Assembly: GCA_943704425.1 (NCBI GenBank)
Contig: CALSCP010002292.1
Coordinates: forward strand, 24,345 to 88,344
Source: Ministeria vibrans ATCC 50519
Taxonomy: Eukaryota; Protista; Filasterea
Length of the DNA: 64,000 nucleotides
Direction: 5' to 3'
The notes under the pieces are model-generated. The model saw nothing but the letters and a program-made list of their open reading frames with translations. It had not been told where the DNA came from and made no database searches. The translations under genes and the position numbers were made by a program. The stretch's first letter is position 1; each line of letters starts with the position of its first letter. Below, piece by piece: positions 39,444 to 51,000 of this stretch.

Positions 39444-41335
39444 GAACCTCAATCAGCACAGAATTGTCCAACGATTTGCTCATTTTGATGCTCTGCACAT
39501 GTAAATGCCCTGTGCGGCACAGTCGAGACATCAGGGGAACATGAAAGAAGTCAGTGGAAGAGGACAATAACTAATATTTGACCGTCATAGTTATACCGGA
39601 GTGAATAAAGTACGAGCACCACTGAGACGAGTCGTGAAGGGCCTCGCACTGGGCAATCTCGTTGTCGTGGTGCGGAAAGGCAAGGTCTTCGCCGCCCGCA
39701 TGCAGATCCAACGACGCCCCAAACACATCCGAGCACATGGCACTGCACTCAATGTGCCAGCCGGGCCGTCCGGGCGCCGCCCCCCGAGGCGATGCCCATG
39801 CTGGTTCGTCTGAATTCTACACATCCCATCCAAAGTCAACATAGAGTGCACTAAAACATATATTTTAAATATATTTTACTACCTTGGCAGCTTTCCACAA
39901 CGCAAAGTCCTTCTGATCTCGCTTCTCTCCGTACGCTACATAACCAATGCGCATCAGACTGTACCTCTCTATCGCTCCGTTCTCTCTCTATCACTTTGTT
40001 CTTTATCACTTTGTTATTTCTCTCTATCACTTTGTTATTTATCACTTTGTTATTTCTCTCTCTATCACTTTGTTATTTCTCTCTATCACTTTGTTCTTTT
40101 CCATACGATCCGGCTCAGCCATCAACTTCCTTCGCGCTGGCTCCAATTTCAAATACCGGTCTCCAAACCGAATCGTGTCAAAGTACACACTACCACACCT
40201 GGTCTGATACGCAACCCTAAGCATTCGTATACATTGGCATCACAAAATACATCTCCTTTTTTTATCATCTCTCTCACTTTGTTCCTTGTCCCTCCTCTCT
40301 CACTTTGATATTTCTGATATTTCTCCCTCCTCTTTGTTCTTTCTCTCTCCACTCTCTCTCACACTTTGTTCTTTTTACCCCTCCCCTCTCTCTCTTACCC
40401 TTTGTCAATCAAACGCTCAACAAACTGAACAATCTCCGGAATAAACTCTGTCACACGCGTAATCAGATGCGGCGACACAACTCCAAGTCGGTTCAAATCA
40501 CGGAAAAAGTCACGCTCGTATCGATCAGCAACTTCACTTGCTGCACACTGCTCCTTCTTTGCTCGTTCAATAATCTACAAACGACCATGGTATGCAACAC
40601 AGCATGAATCTAGCAGCCACGTCTACACAGTACACCGGTATGGGTAGGGTGGTACCTTGTCATCGATATTCGTCACTCCCATTGTCTGAAACACTTGCAC
40701 ATGAAAGTAATCCGCCAAAATGCGTCGCACAATGTCAAACTTGACGTAACAACTGCACACACAAGCAATCGTTGGTGATTTCCGACTGGGTATCGCTCAA
40801 CACGTACCTTGCATGTCCCAAATGCGCGTCGCTGTACACGGTCGGGCCGCACATGTACCATGTGAAAGGACGACCTACATACTCACGCGACTGGTCACAA
40901 CTCACACACTGTCAAACGGGAGACGCGCACACCCTCAGCAAGCAACACACCGCTGGCGCATGGCAACCCGCCTCCCCTTGTTGCAGTACCACATCATCTG
41001 GCGCGCAGGAAGCGCCGTACAGCACCGCCTCAGGTCGAACCGACACGGCGAAACGCTTTGGCGAAACGCACTCCATTCACTCCCTCCCTCTCGATATCCC
41101 CCTCTCCCTTTCTCGCCACATACACTCACTGCAACACTCTATGCACGAACACGACCGCTTTACCTTCCGGGATGATCAGCTTCTCCTTTTGTCGCGTCAG
41201 CGAGTTGAAAATCATAACACCACTGTCAATCCCTGTTGGCTGCTGCCACGGTCGACTCGTCGCCCCACCCGAGTGTCTTCTTCTGCCAGGCCACAGCAAC
41301 GAAGCGGCTCGTCGCATTTGCGACATGCAGAGCAT
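37936..41335 (-). CDS. CARS2: Cysteine--tRNA ligase, probably the mitochondrial (CARS2-type) form
   Basis: Arg-rich presequence, then [72 protein letters not shown] and C-terminal [10 protein letters not shown]. Confidence 0.9.
38369..38462. repeat. 15-nt intronic tandem repeat CACCACAAAGACACR x6
   Basis: Directly visible; the same unit recurs twice at ~23118-23146. Confidence 0.92.
39985..40097. repeat. Intronic array of TATCACTTTGTT units (~6 copies)
   Basis: Directly visible in a CysRS intron. Confidence 0.92.
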
Positions 41336-41922
41336 TTTTTTTGAAGAATTATTATGTTTCACGTATTTGGATAGATCCTTTCAATCTATTCAATCGCTTT
41401 CTTTCACCAAATTCAACGAATCGCAAATTCGCCGTTCGCACGACACACTTTACTCATCTTGCTGCATGAATTCCAAACCGGTTCCTGGGTCCGGAATAGA
41501 CCAAGACGCGCGACCTATCACTCCCGTTCGCGACGCTGTTCTTGACGACGCGGTAATCAATTCCCCTGCCTCCCCTTCCCGCGGCAACTCACGACTACAC
41601 AAGCTCTGCTTTGTCCTCGATCATGTCCACCGTGCTCTCATTAGTTTGATTCTTTCGCGTGCTTTCTTTCTTCTGCTGCACTTGATTTTTCTTCGTCGTT
41701 GTCAATGGCAACGAAATGTCAACATCCACCCCAACCCTCTCTCTCTCTCCCACTCACACTTCGTCAAACTAAACGCCTCTTCGTCGCCATCCTGTAACCT
41801 GGTCTGGCTGTCTCTTGAGCGTGTTCGCTGTGTCCTTCAGAAACCCCTCCATATCCATCCCTCTCGTGATTCTTACTCTCGAATAATCCAAAACTTTTTC
41901 TTGCACTGTTTCTCTGGTGCAG

Positions 41923-44900
41923 ATTGTCGAGGCTCCCGTCACCAGCAGCGAGTGGGTGCACCGTTTTGGCGTGCAAACCACCAAACTGACATTCAATCGA
42001 GTGCTCGCCGACTGTGGCTTCGGCGACGACGACTTTGATGCGTTCGCCGACACTCTCTCAACCGATTTGCAGCGCCACCTTGGCACTGGGCTCTTCGACT
42101 ACTATCGCGATCACGAGCCCACGGGCACATCCTGCGCTAAATCGACTGCCTCGTCCTCTTCTTCGTCGCATGGCCGACTCATGCAAGAGTGCGAGCGGCG
42201 CTTGGCGCTGCACCTTCGTGTGTGTCAGGCGCGTCGTGACTTCCTCAAGCGTGGTAGCCGAGCAACCTTTGGCCTGCTTACTGTGCCTGAGACTGTGCTC
42301 ATTCTCGACACATCAGGTCTTACCTCGTACACCGTCGAATTCCTCAAGGCGTCACTCATGACACTCGTACGCGAGCAATTCTCGCAGCTCAAGCTTGTCA
42401 ACGCAATTCTGTGTGGGCGTCACCCGGACTCCAGCGAGCCCGACCTCTTTTCGGGACGTGCCGTGAGCCCAAGTACATCGCAACTCGACGATCTTTGTGC
42501 ATGGATTCGCGTCAAGGTTCGTCTCGACGCGGCCTCCAGCAAGCCCAGCCCGCCCGCTCTAGCGCCCGCCCTGCGCGCCGCCTTTGCCGACGAGCGCATC
42601 CAGTCGGTAATTTTGGTGTCGCACTCAGCCCCAGGCGAGTCTGCAGACACCCTTGTCACTCAAGTGCTCGAGACCAACTCGCGGCGCACTCTGCCCGTCC
42701 ATGTCGTTGCGTACAACCCTCCCTTTACATCCGAGGCAAGTGAGTTCCACGACAAGCTCACACGAGCAACACGCGCGTCGCTCAAGATCGTCGCTCCCGC
42801 CGCAAATATTCCCTCCGCGGCCAGCAGCATCAGCACTAGTGTCCGTTCATCCATGCCCATATTATCTGCCGATTCGGAAGACCAAATTGTCGCTGGCGAA
42901 CTCGCGCTCGCCCGTGAGTCCCTCGAGCGCCTGCGACGTTTCCGCAAGTCGCTCGCGAAGAAACGTGCTGGGCGTTGCACATCCGTGGTCAACAGCGGCT
43001 GTACTGCAAGAATCACTACACCACACCATGGCGATCCCTGGCTTGCCATCCACGGCCTTACATCCCGACACCTGGACATCGCGTCGCACCTCAAGCCCAT
43101 TGCGTTCAAGCACTGCCCCGGTGCCCACTTCTGCCACCACCTTGACATGGTCCACTACGTCTTTCCCGACGGACGCACACGCCACGTTCGCTTTACTCGT
43201 GCTCTAGGCGACGCCTACGCCATCCAAATCCAAGGCGCAATTGACCTCTACACCGAACGCGTCGCGTGGCTTGCCCGCGGCTCCCGCGCCATCTTTGGCG
43301 AACTGCCCAAAACGGATTCGGCATCTAGTTCTGCAAGCTCGAGCTCGCGCTCCACGACTTCGTCTGTCGTTGTGATTGTCGACACCAGCCTGAGCATGCA
43401 GCCTCGCCTGGCGGTGCTCAAAGACAATCTCATGCGTCTGCTGCGCGAACAAATCGCCGGTCAACGCGCCTTCAACTTTGTCCAGTGCTCCACAGAGGCG
43501 ACTCCGTTCCGCCCGGCCGTCGTCCAGCCTACGCCGTCTGCCATCGACGCTGCCGCTGCCTGGATCCGCGCCTTGCACGCCGACGGTTCATCCAATGTCG
43601 ATGCTGCCTTGCAGCTTGCCCTGCGTGACGTCGGCGCGCACACCATCTTCTTCATTACGGACGGTCGCCCCGATCAGCCCGAGGCCTACCTGCTTGAGCG
43701 CGTCACCGAGACCATCCGTGCACGCGGCCCTCACGCCCCCGTCACCATCAACACCATTTCCTTCCACATGAGCGATCCCGACGCCAATCAGTTCCCGCGC
43801 GACCTCGCCGCTCTCACCTCTACCGGTCGCTTCTTCCAGGTGTCGCGCGCAGACCTGCCGTACACACGCGATGCGCAAACGGGCGCAGTTGAAATCACCC
43901 AGCTGAGCCTTGACGCGCGCGTGCGGGCCGTCCAGGAAGAAATTCTCTTGGCACAAGACTACTTGCGGGTTGCACGCGAACTGTGTGACCAGTGCGAGGG
44001 AAAGGGTCCGGCAGCAACGGCACGCGCTGAGCAACGACGCAAGGCGGAACACAAGGCCCGTCTGGGCATGTCCGACTCGCGACTTCTCGAGCTGCGCGCC
44101 GGACCTCGCTGGCATCACATGAGCTCGTCGCGTCCAGGCGACGCCCAATGGGAGGCGCAGCAGCGATCTATGGCTAAAATCGAGACTGTCAAGCTTCGCG
44201 AGTTTGCTGCACGACGGGCGTCGCAGCGTGCCAAACTGGGCCCCACTCAGCGCGCCGCCATGGAGAAGGAGGACGCCCGTCGTCTTGCTGAACGCACCGA
44301 AGAACTCGAGTCGCGTCTCCGTGGCACCACAGCTCAGTCTCTTGTGACGTCCGTTCGTGCCACGCCAGAGCAACAAAAGAAGGCGGGCAAGGCGCAAATA
44401 CGAAAGATGAATAAGATGACGAAGGGCGAGCCACAACACATTCGTCCCGAGCGAGTGTGCTCGACGCACGACTGGCTCAACGGCGGTGCGTCACTCGAGC
44501 AGCGAAAACTCTCCATCTTTGACGTGTTTAACAGCATGGTGGTGCGCCACTCGCCCAAGTACGTCAAGATGCTGGGCAAGGAGGTACACGCACGCTACTG
44601 CGAGCACGTCTACGACACCTACCAGTTTGTTGACGGTGACATGGAGCATATCAACCCGCAGGCAGCCCACATCCAGCAGTACCTCCTCGACGTCAACGAA
44701 GCTGTTGAGCTGTATCGCCAGCGACTCGTCTGGCTTCAACGCCTTCCGCGCTCTCTGCTCGGCGTCGTCGCCGCCGAGAGCGTCGTCATTGCAGTGGAGC
44801 TGTCGCCTCGCACTCGCGACCATGCAGACCTCATTGTGAAAGCGCTCCAGCTGCAGCTGAAGGAGCTTGTGCAACGCAGCGCCCTCGTCGACCTGGTTCT

Positions 44901-47568
44901 CTTTGACGAGTGCGGCATGCACGCGCTTTTTGGACGTCAGGAACCACTGGACGACGAGGAGCGCGCGGCAGAGGCGAGGTCATTTGTCGACGAACTGGAC
45001 TGGGGCAAGTTCGCAGACGGACGACTGCGCGTGGAGCAGGAACAGCATGACGGCGACGGCACGGCAATCATTTCCGAGGTGTTGCGCGTGATATGCGCAC
45101 GTGGAGGAGCCGATGACACGGGCGGGGACACGGTGGATGTGGTACATGTGCTTATGAGCAGTGCAGTGGACGCTCCGGCCGACGCGCTTGTGGTCAGCGC
45201 ACGCGACGGCGAGACGCCCACGCGTGTGCATACCGTTGCATTCAACACGGACGACGACACGCACGCCGTCTTGCGCAATGTCTCACTGGTCACCGGTGGT
45301 CACCATTTGCGATGTGATGTCATGGATGAGTCGTTGAAGGTGGAGTCGGACGACACGCGCCTGCTTGAGCGTGAGATGGCTCGTGCCGACGAGTACAAGA
45401 AGCGTGCCAACGAATTTGTTCGCGCGCCGGTCCACCCCGAGCGCTCCTCTGTGCCCATTTGGCAACCCTCTCGTGCGCGTCCTGGTGTGCCCAAGGAGGA
45501 GGACAACCCACCACCGCGTCTACTCGAGCTGCGTGCAAAACTGTCGGCGACACGGCGGACCGTCTCGCAGACGTCCAGGCCCGCCAGCGCTGCGCCTTCG
45601 ACGTCGACCTCGTCAATTGCAAAGGGGAAAACAACAGGAGCGCGTTCGGGGGTCATGGAACAGCGTCCGAACACACCTGTCCTGCGGGGACTCGCCTCAC
45701 AATTGCGTGCGTCCGCGTCACAACCCCTGCTGCGACACGCATCGGCGTCGTTCGCTGCCCGACGCCCAGGCCAGCCAATGAACGAGCCCAAGGTGCATGG
45801 ACGCTCGATTGTGGGACATTCCGCAGTGGCATGCTCCTCCGACGATGGGTACTTTTATGGGGCGAGTGTCGAGTCGTGGTTGGGGCGTGACGGGCGCTTT
45901 CTTGTGTCGTTCACTTCGGAGCGCGTGAAGCCAAGCGACAGCGATGGTGACGATGGCTACGATACCGCCGACGGATGTGAGGACGAGCATACACGCAATG
46001 AGCGACGTCAGCGTGAGAACCGCCGTCGTCAAGTTGACCCCGATCGGCTCTTTCCGGAGCGCAGTGCGGTGCGTGGCGAAGCGCTTGCTCCTGGAGATTT
46101 TGTGTTGTATCCCATGGCAACGAGACGTACCGAGAACACATTTGTACCCTGCATGGTTGTGGCGGGCGACAGCGACGGCGAGAGCGCTGGCGAGGTTGCT
46201 CTTGAGCCAGTTCACACACATCAGACGACGGTGGTGGAAGCGGACGCACGGGCGATTGTGCTTTTACGCGACACCTATGTGGATGTGTGTAGCGGAATCT
46301 ACGTGCAGGCACTGCGATTGTTGCGGTGCGTACACTCAACCAAACTGACACGTCGTGAGGCAGCTCTGATTCCCTCGGCGGAGACGGTCGCGGCAATGCG
46401 AGCGCACCTGGTGCATCTCGACGTGGATGTGGAAGGGCTCGAACGCACCGTCAACACCAGTTGTGACGACGGATACACCGTGGCAGGTGGCACGAGTGAG
46501 GTCAGTACGCTGTTGCGAACATCACAGTTGCTGGACGAGGAGCGCGAGCTGCGCTTTGGCGACATGGTCTACGTGCTCGATCGGCAGACGGGACGCTACT
46601 TTGTGGGCAAGGTAGGCAGTGACGAGCTGGATGAGGAGGGTGAGGAGGGAAGTGACGTTGAAGTCAGTCGGGGGCTGCACGACCGCTTTACAATCGAATT
46701 GTGTGACGGGGGGCGATTGCGTGGTGTGGCTCGAGACGATGTGTTCAGTGTGGACGACGACGCGGGTGCGCTTGTCGAGGACGGCGACTATGTGCTAGTG
46801 CGGCGTGTGGACCGTGCGTGTGGCGCGTCCGAAGACGACATCGACGCCACATCCGACTCGCTGGAGTGGGTCATGGAGCCAGCGCGTGTCGTGGCGAAAC
46901 GAGTGACTGTCGAGGAGGACGACGAGGAGGATGAAGAAGAGAATGGCACAGGCCTAGGGGATGATGGCCTGGGGCGCATTGAGACTGAGGAGTTTGCGGT
47001 GCGCTGTTCGTGGGACGATCACGAGTGGCGCTGGTGTCGACGCGAGCACCTCTTCTTGTTGACACAGCCCCTACACGACGACATGTTGCGCTACATGAGG
47101 TATCTGGACACGGCACGACGCAAGCGTGCGGCTGCCAAGAAGAAGAAGAAACGAGAGAGTGCGCAACGCAAGAAGGAACGAGAGACAGTCGCGAGTTCGC
47201 TGATGCGACGACTGCTTGAAAACGAGGGAGGTGCGGCAAGCGAGCGCAAAGTATTGTTGACGCAGCGCATTGCAAGCGAGCACTATCACGAGCGGAGGCC
47301 ATCGCGACGCGAAGCGCAACGGGAGCACAACGAGTCAACGCACACGGAACGCATGGTGGTGGTGGTACGCGACCCGTCGCCTGTCACGCCACCCTCCCCC
47401 GAGCCAGAGCCACCGTTGGTACTGTCGACGACTGAGCTGCGTGATAGTGTTCAGTGGAAGCACACTGACGAACGTCGCAGTCGTGCATGCAAAGCGCGCG
47501 AGCAAGATCTTGTGGAAGCAGAGCACTTGTTGGATCAAAGAGCATGTGTAGCAGACAGCGTGCGATAA
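41923..47568 (+). CDS. Large VWA3A/VWA3B-like protein (three vWA domains, C-terminal Tudor/DUF4537-like repeats); start probably near 41466, 3' end likely truncated
   Basis: 5.6-kb exon. The vWA strands are VLILDTSG, VVIVDTSLSM..FITDGRPD..INTISF and a degenerate third copy. Repeated WL..HGL..-type linkers, plus SDDGYFYGASV and DRQTGRYFVGKV modules. Confidence 0.8.
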   Translation: MVEAPVTSSEWVHRFGVQTTKLTFNRVLADCGFGDDDFDAFADTLSTDLQRHLGTGLFDYYRDHEPTGTSCAKSTASSSSSSHGRLMQECERRLALHLRVCQARRDFLKRGSRATFGLLTVPETVLILDTSGLTSYTVEFLKASLMTLVREQFSQLKLVNAILCGRHPDSSEPDLFSGRAVSPSTSQLDDLCAWIRVKVRLDAASSKPSPPALAPALRAAFADERIQSVILVSHSAPGESADTLVTQVLETNSRRTLPVHVVAYNPPFTSEASEFHDKLTRATRASLKIVAPAANIPSAASSISTSVRSSMPILSADSEDQIVAGELALARESLERLRRFRKSLAKKRAGRCTSVVNSGCTARITTPHHGDPWLAIHGLTSRHLDIASHLKPIAFKHCPGAHFCHHLDMVHYVFPDGRTRHVRFTRALGDAYAIQIQGAIDLYTERVAWLARGSRAIFGELPKTDSASSSASSSSRSTTSSVVVIVDTSLSMQPRLAVLKDNLMRLLREQIAGQRAFNFVQCSTEATPFRPAVVQPTPSAIDAAAAWIRALHADGSSNVDAALQLALRDVGAHTIFFITDGRPDQPEAYLLERVTETIRARGPHAPVTINTISFHMSDPDANQFPRDLAALTSTGRFFQVSRADLPYTRDAQTGAVEITQLSLDARVRAVQEEILLAQDYLRVARELCDQCEGKGPAATARAEQRRKAEHKARLGMSDSRLLELRAGPRWHHMSSSRPGDAQWEAQQRSMAKIETVKLREFAARRASQRAKLGPTQRAAMEKEDARRLAERTEELESRLRGTTAQSLVTSVRATPEQQKKAGKAQIRKMNKMTKGEPQHIRPERVCSTHDWLNGGASLEQRKLSIFDVFNSMVVRHSPKYVKMLGKEVHARYCEHVYDTYQFVDGDMEHINPQAAHIQQYLLDVNEAVELYRQRLVWLQRLPRSLLGVVAAESVVIAVELSPRTRDHADLIVKALQLQLKELVQRSALVDLVLFDECGMHALFGRQEPLDDEERAAEARSFVDELDWGKFADGRLRVEQEQHDGDGTAIISEVLRVICARGGADDTGGDTVDVVHVLMSSAVDAPADALVVSARDGETPTRVHTVAFNTDDDTHAVLRNVSLVTGGHHLRCDVMDESLKVESDDTRLLEREMARADEYKKRANEFVRAPVHPERSSVPIWQPSRARPGVPKEEDNPPPRLLELRAKLSATRRTVSQTSRPASAAPSTSTSSIAKGKTTGARSGVMEQRPNTPVLRGLASQLRASASQPLLRHASASFAARRPGQPMNEPKVHGRSIVGHSAVACSSDDGYFYGASVESWLGRDGRFLVSFTSERVKPSDSDGDDGYDTADGCEDEHTRNERRQRENRRRQVDPDRLFPERSAVRGEALAPGDFVLYPMATRRTENTFVPCMVVAGDSDGESAGEVALEPVHTHQTTVVEADARAIVLLRDTYVDVCSGIYVQALRLLRCVHSTKLTRREAALIPSAETVAAMRAHLVHLDVDVEGLERTVNTSCDDGYTVAGGTSEVSTLLRTSQLLDEERELRFGDMVYVLDRQTGRYFVGKVGSDELDEEGEEGSDVEVSRGLHDRFTIELCDGGRLRGVARDDVFSVDDDAGALVEDGDYVLVRRVDRACGASEDDIDATSDSLEWVMEPARVVAKRVTVEEDDEEDEEENGTGLGDDGLGRIETEEFAVRCSWDDHEWRWCRREHLFLLTQPLHDDMLRYMRYLDTARRKRAAAKKKKKRESAQRKKERETVASSLMRRLLENEGGAASERKVLLTQRIASEHYHERRPSRREAQREHNESTHTERMVVVVRDPSPVTPPSPEPEPPLVLSTTELRDSVQWKHTDERRSRACKAREQDLVEAEHLLDQRACVADSVR

Positions 47569-47570
47569 AC

Positions 47571-47679
<109 letters not shown>

Positions 47680-47689
47680 NNNNNNNNNN
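47680..47689. other. Assembly gap between (AG)n and poly-A
   Basis: N characters. Confidence 1.
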
Positions 47690-47728
<39 letters not shown>

Positions 47729-47752
47729 ACCTTCAAGCGACGTCGTGCGCAC

Positions 47753-47953
47753 CTTTTCGTGATCGCCGCGCTTCGCATGGATCGCAGCAATGTTTTTGTG
47801 GCATGCAGCGCAAAGATCGCGGGCGGCCTTGGGCGACGAGTCGTCCAGCGACACCTGAGACAACGCCGCCTTGTACGAGCCCAGAGCCGCGTCCAGCTGT
47901 CCCGCACGAAACTGCTCGTTGCCCGTCCCCTTCAATTCAACCGCCTTCTCCAT
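47753..47953 (-). CDS. UNC45: UNC-45 exon 1 (N-terminal TPR), separated from exon 2 by 10.8 kb
   Basis: MEKAVELKGTGNEQFRAG..YKAAL..CHKNIAAIHAK. Its phase-0 donor at 47752 is compatible with the phase-0 acceptor at 36979 (VIASCTRCLEL..VKALYR). Confidence 0.75.
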
Positions 47954-48070
47954 ATACTGCTCTTGTAAGATGTCGTAACAATGAATAATTTTGGTTTTAA
48001 ATAAATATGTAATTATTTTTAAATTTTCTTTTACTTTCTTTATTCTTAATTCTTTTTGCCATTGCCGGCC

Positions 48071-51000
48071 ATGGTGGGCTCAATCATAGACGCAAACGAG
48101 CTCAAGCCGTTTGTGCACTATCGAAACGTAAAGTGAACGCAAAAGGATAAACGTTTAGTAATCACAACTCACACTCCTCAACACACAACACACAGCTCGC
48201 AACAAACTACAGTCTTGTCGACAATGTCCACTCGCTGACCAACACCGAGTATATCATTGGGGGGCTTTGCGAGATCCTCGAGAGCGGCGGCGACGTGGTG
48301 GAGTGTGTTCCCTTCATGGGCGGACTCGCCATCCTCTTTGCCTCGGGCGCCGTCTGCTGCGTCGATCTCGCCGTGCCCGACAACGCCAGCCCGCCAAGCG
48401 CCTCTGCTGCCAAGTTTACCGGGCCATCGGAGAAGACCAATGCCAGCGAAGGCGCCGGAAAAGGTGGCAGACCGCCGCGCACAGTCCGCGCGACAAAGTG
48501 GTGGCGCTCCGACGACGACGACATCCCTGCGACAGGTGGCTTTGAATTGCTCGCGCCTATGGGTTCGGTTCTGATCCTCGTTGCTCGCGGTGGCCGTGCG
48601 CTGTTTTCGTGGCCGGCGGACGCCCAACGTGGACCGCTCTCATCCTTATCGCTCACCTTCGACAACGAAACCGAGCGCATCACGCACATTGCCTCGTCAC
48701 TTGTGCGTTGTTCCATCGTTATTGCACGCTGTCGCGTCGCGTCGTTTGTCGACCCTGCCATTCATGCGTTCACATCGTCGCACGCGCGTGGTCGTGCTGA
48801 TATGATCGATCGACTCGAGCACCCTTTCGCCTTTGCCGACACATTTTCATCCGATCCTATTGTCAAATTGCGAGTCGGTGGCATGCAGACTCTTGCTTTG
48901 ACTGCCTCGGGTGTTGCCTACACCTGGGGCGTTGATCAGCAGCGCATTAATAGCACTCTCAACAAACGTGTCTCCTCCGACCTTCTCTCGTCCTTCAATT
49001 TGCCTCCCAACTCTTCGAGCGACGCCAGCAGCAGCAGCAACGCCAACGGTCGTTTGGACGCGCGTAGACGGAACCACGACGGCAGCAACGACGGCAACGA
49101 GGACGGCAGTGCCGACGAAGGGGATGAGGAGGAGGATGAGGATGAGGACGACAGCGACGAGAGCACCACTAGCAATGTCGCACCTGTCAACAGTGGGGCT
49201 GTCACTCGAATTCCCGATGCACTTCTCAGTGCCGTGGCGTCATTTCCCTCTGCCACCGCCACGAACACAGTCACAGCCACTACTACTACTACTACTGCTG
49301 CTGCTTCTGAAGCCACTACCCTCACGGACACTATCGCTTTTGCCGTGGGCGCCAAAGTGAATTGGAAACCTCGTCCACCGACCCCCGTACCACAAGAGGA
49401 GTCCTCGTCGGCGAATTCGGCCAATGACACCGATGGCCCTTCTTTGCCGCCCTTTACTGCTCCACTTGTTGTGCCACCACCCCGGAAAGGTATCGTGGTG
49501 CTCAACGTGTGCACCGCTGAAATCGGCTACGTGATTGAGCCCAACGAGTGTCCGTCTATCTCGCGCCATCGTCAGGGCGAGCTCACATACGTGCATCTGC
49601 CGCTTCACCGTGCCATCAAAACCACCCTCGAGAAGACACTCGAATTTGTTCACTCTTACTCAAACCCAACTTCACTCAATTCGCTTCTCAATGCCGAACA
49701 ACAGTCGCTCGTTGATTCATCCACCTACCCACGCACATTCGACGGCTCCATCGACGTCGAACTTCTGGGGCGCATCCTTCAGGTGCGTCCCTTTGATACA
49801 TGGGAAATTGGTGGTGTGCTCTCCCAACGCGCCAAAGTACCCACCGTTGATCAACTGAGCCTCTCTCCGACACCCCGCGAGCGCGTTTCCACCACACTCG
49901 ATCGATGTTTTCTCATTGTGCTCTCGGAGGGCGAGGATGACCCCGAGCCTAGCACCACCGACACCGACGCCAACGCCAGCAGTGCGTCGGTCAACAACAC
50001 GAACGCGGCTGTGTTGGAGACTCCCGGTGCTGCCTCAGTGTTTGCGTCCGAAGCGGAGCCCATCGAGAGTCGACCGGCAGGCACGGTCATTGCAGTCTCT
50101 GGCGACCAGGTTGTTTTGTACACGGGCGACGACCCGCAGCCCGATATGGTGGCCGCCGCTCTTAGTGGTGCCATCCGTATCGTGCCTGCCGCCGACCTTG
50201 TGTTGTGGACTGATCCATTGAGCTCGTGCCCCAACGCCGAAGCACATGTCTCCACCGTAGACGACGACTGCGCCAGCAACAACAACCAAAACGTGGACGA
50301 GGGCGCTCAGATCGAATCTGAGAGCGAAAAGAAAAAGAAGGCAGAGGAGAAGGAGAAGGAGCCATCGTTGGATGAACCCCTGCTCCACTTTTCCTACTAT
50401 CTCCGTCACGGCACGCGCAGCGCACCTACATTGCGCCCCACCGCCTTGGACCATACGGTCCTTGACGTGTCCGCCATGCCCAATGGTTTTGACTGGCTCC
50501 TGCAAAAGAAGGGCGCGACTGACTGCTCAGATCGACTCTTGTGCGTCACCGACTTCTTTCTTTTTGGAGTCATGTCGCAGACGGGCACCGACACAACCTG
50601 TCGTCTGTGCTCGAAAGAGTTCAAAACGTCCGAGGCACTGCGCCAACACCTCGGTGAGTCCAACCACCAGGTGTCGGGCATTGTCACCGTGCTTCCAGCC
50701 GTCCTTTCCAATCCTGTTCTTCATCCCCTCTCAATTATCTCATCCTCCGATGGCTGCGGTGCAGTACGCGACTGCCATGGACACCTGTATCCCACGAGCG
50801 CTATCTCGCTCAAAGCGGCCGACCTATGTGTTCGAGGACACTCGACGCGACTGGCGTGGCGTCCCGAGAAACGCTCCGTCTTCTCACACACCAAACGCCT
50901 CTTTGACTGCTGCGTTGCCCTGGTCCAACCAACACCGCTTTTGTTTCGTGCCTCTTTTGAAGGCGACATTCTCTATCGCACGCTCAAGGAACCCAAGAAC

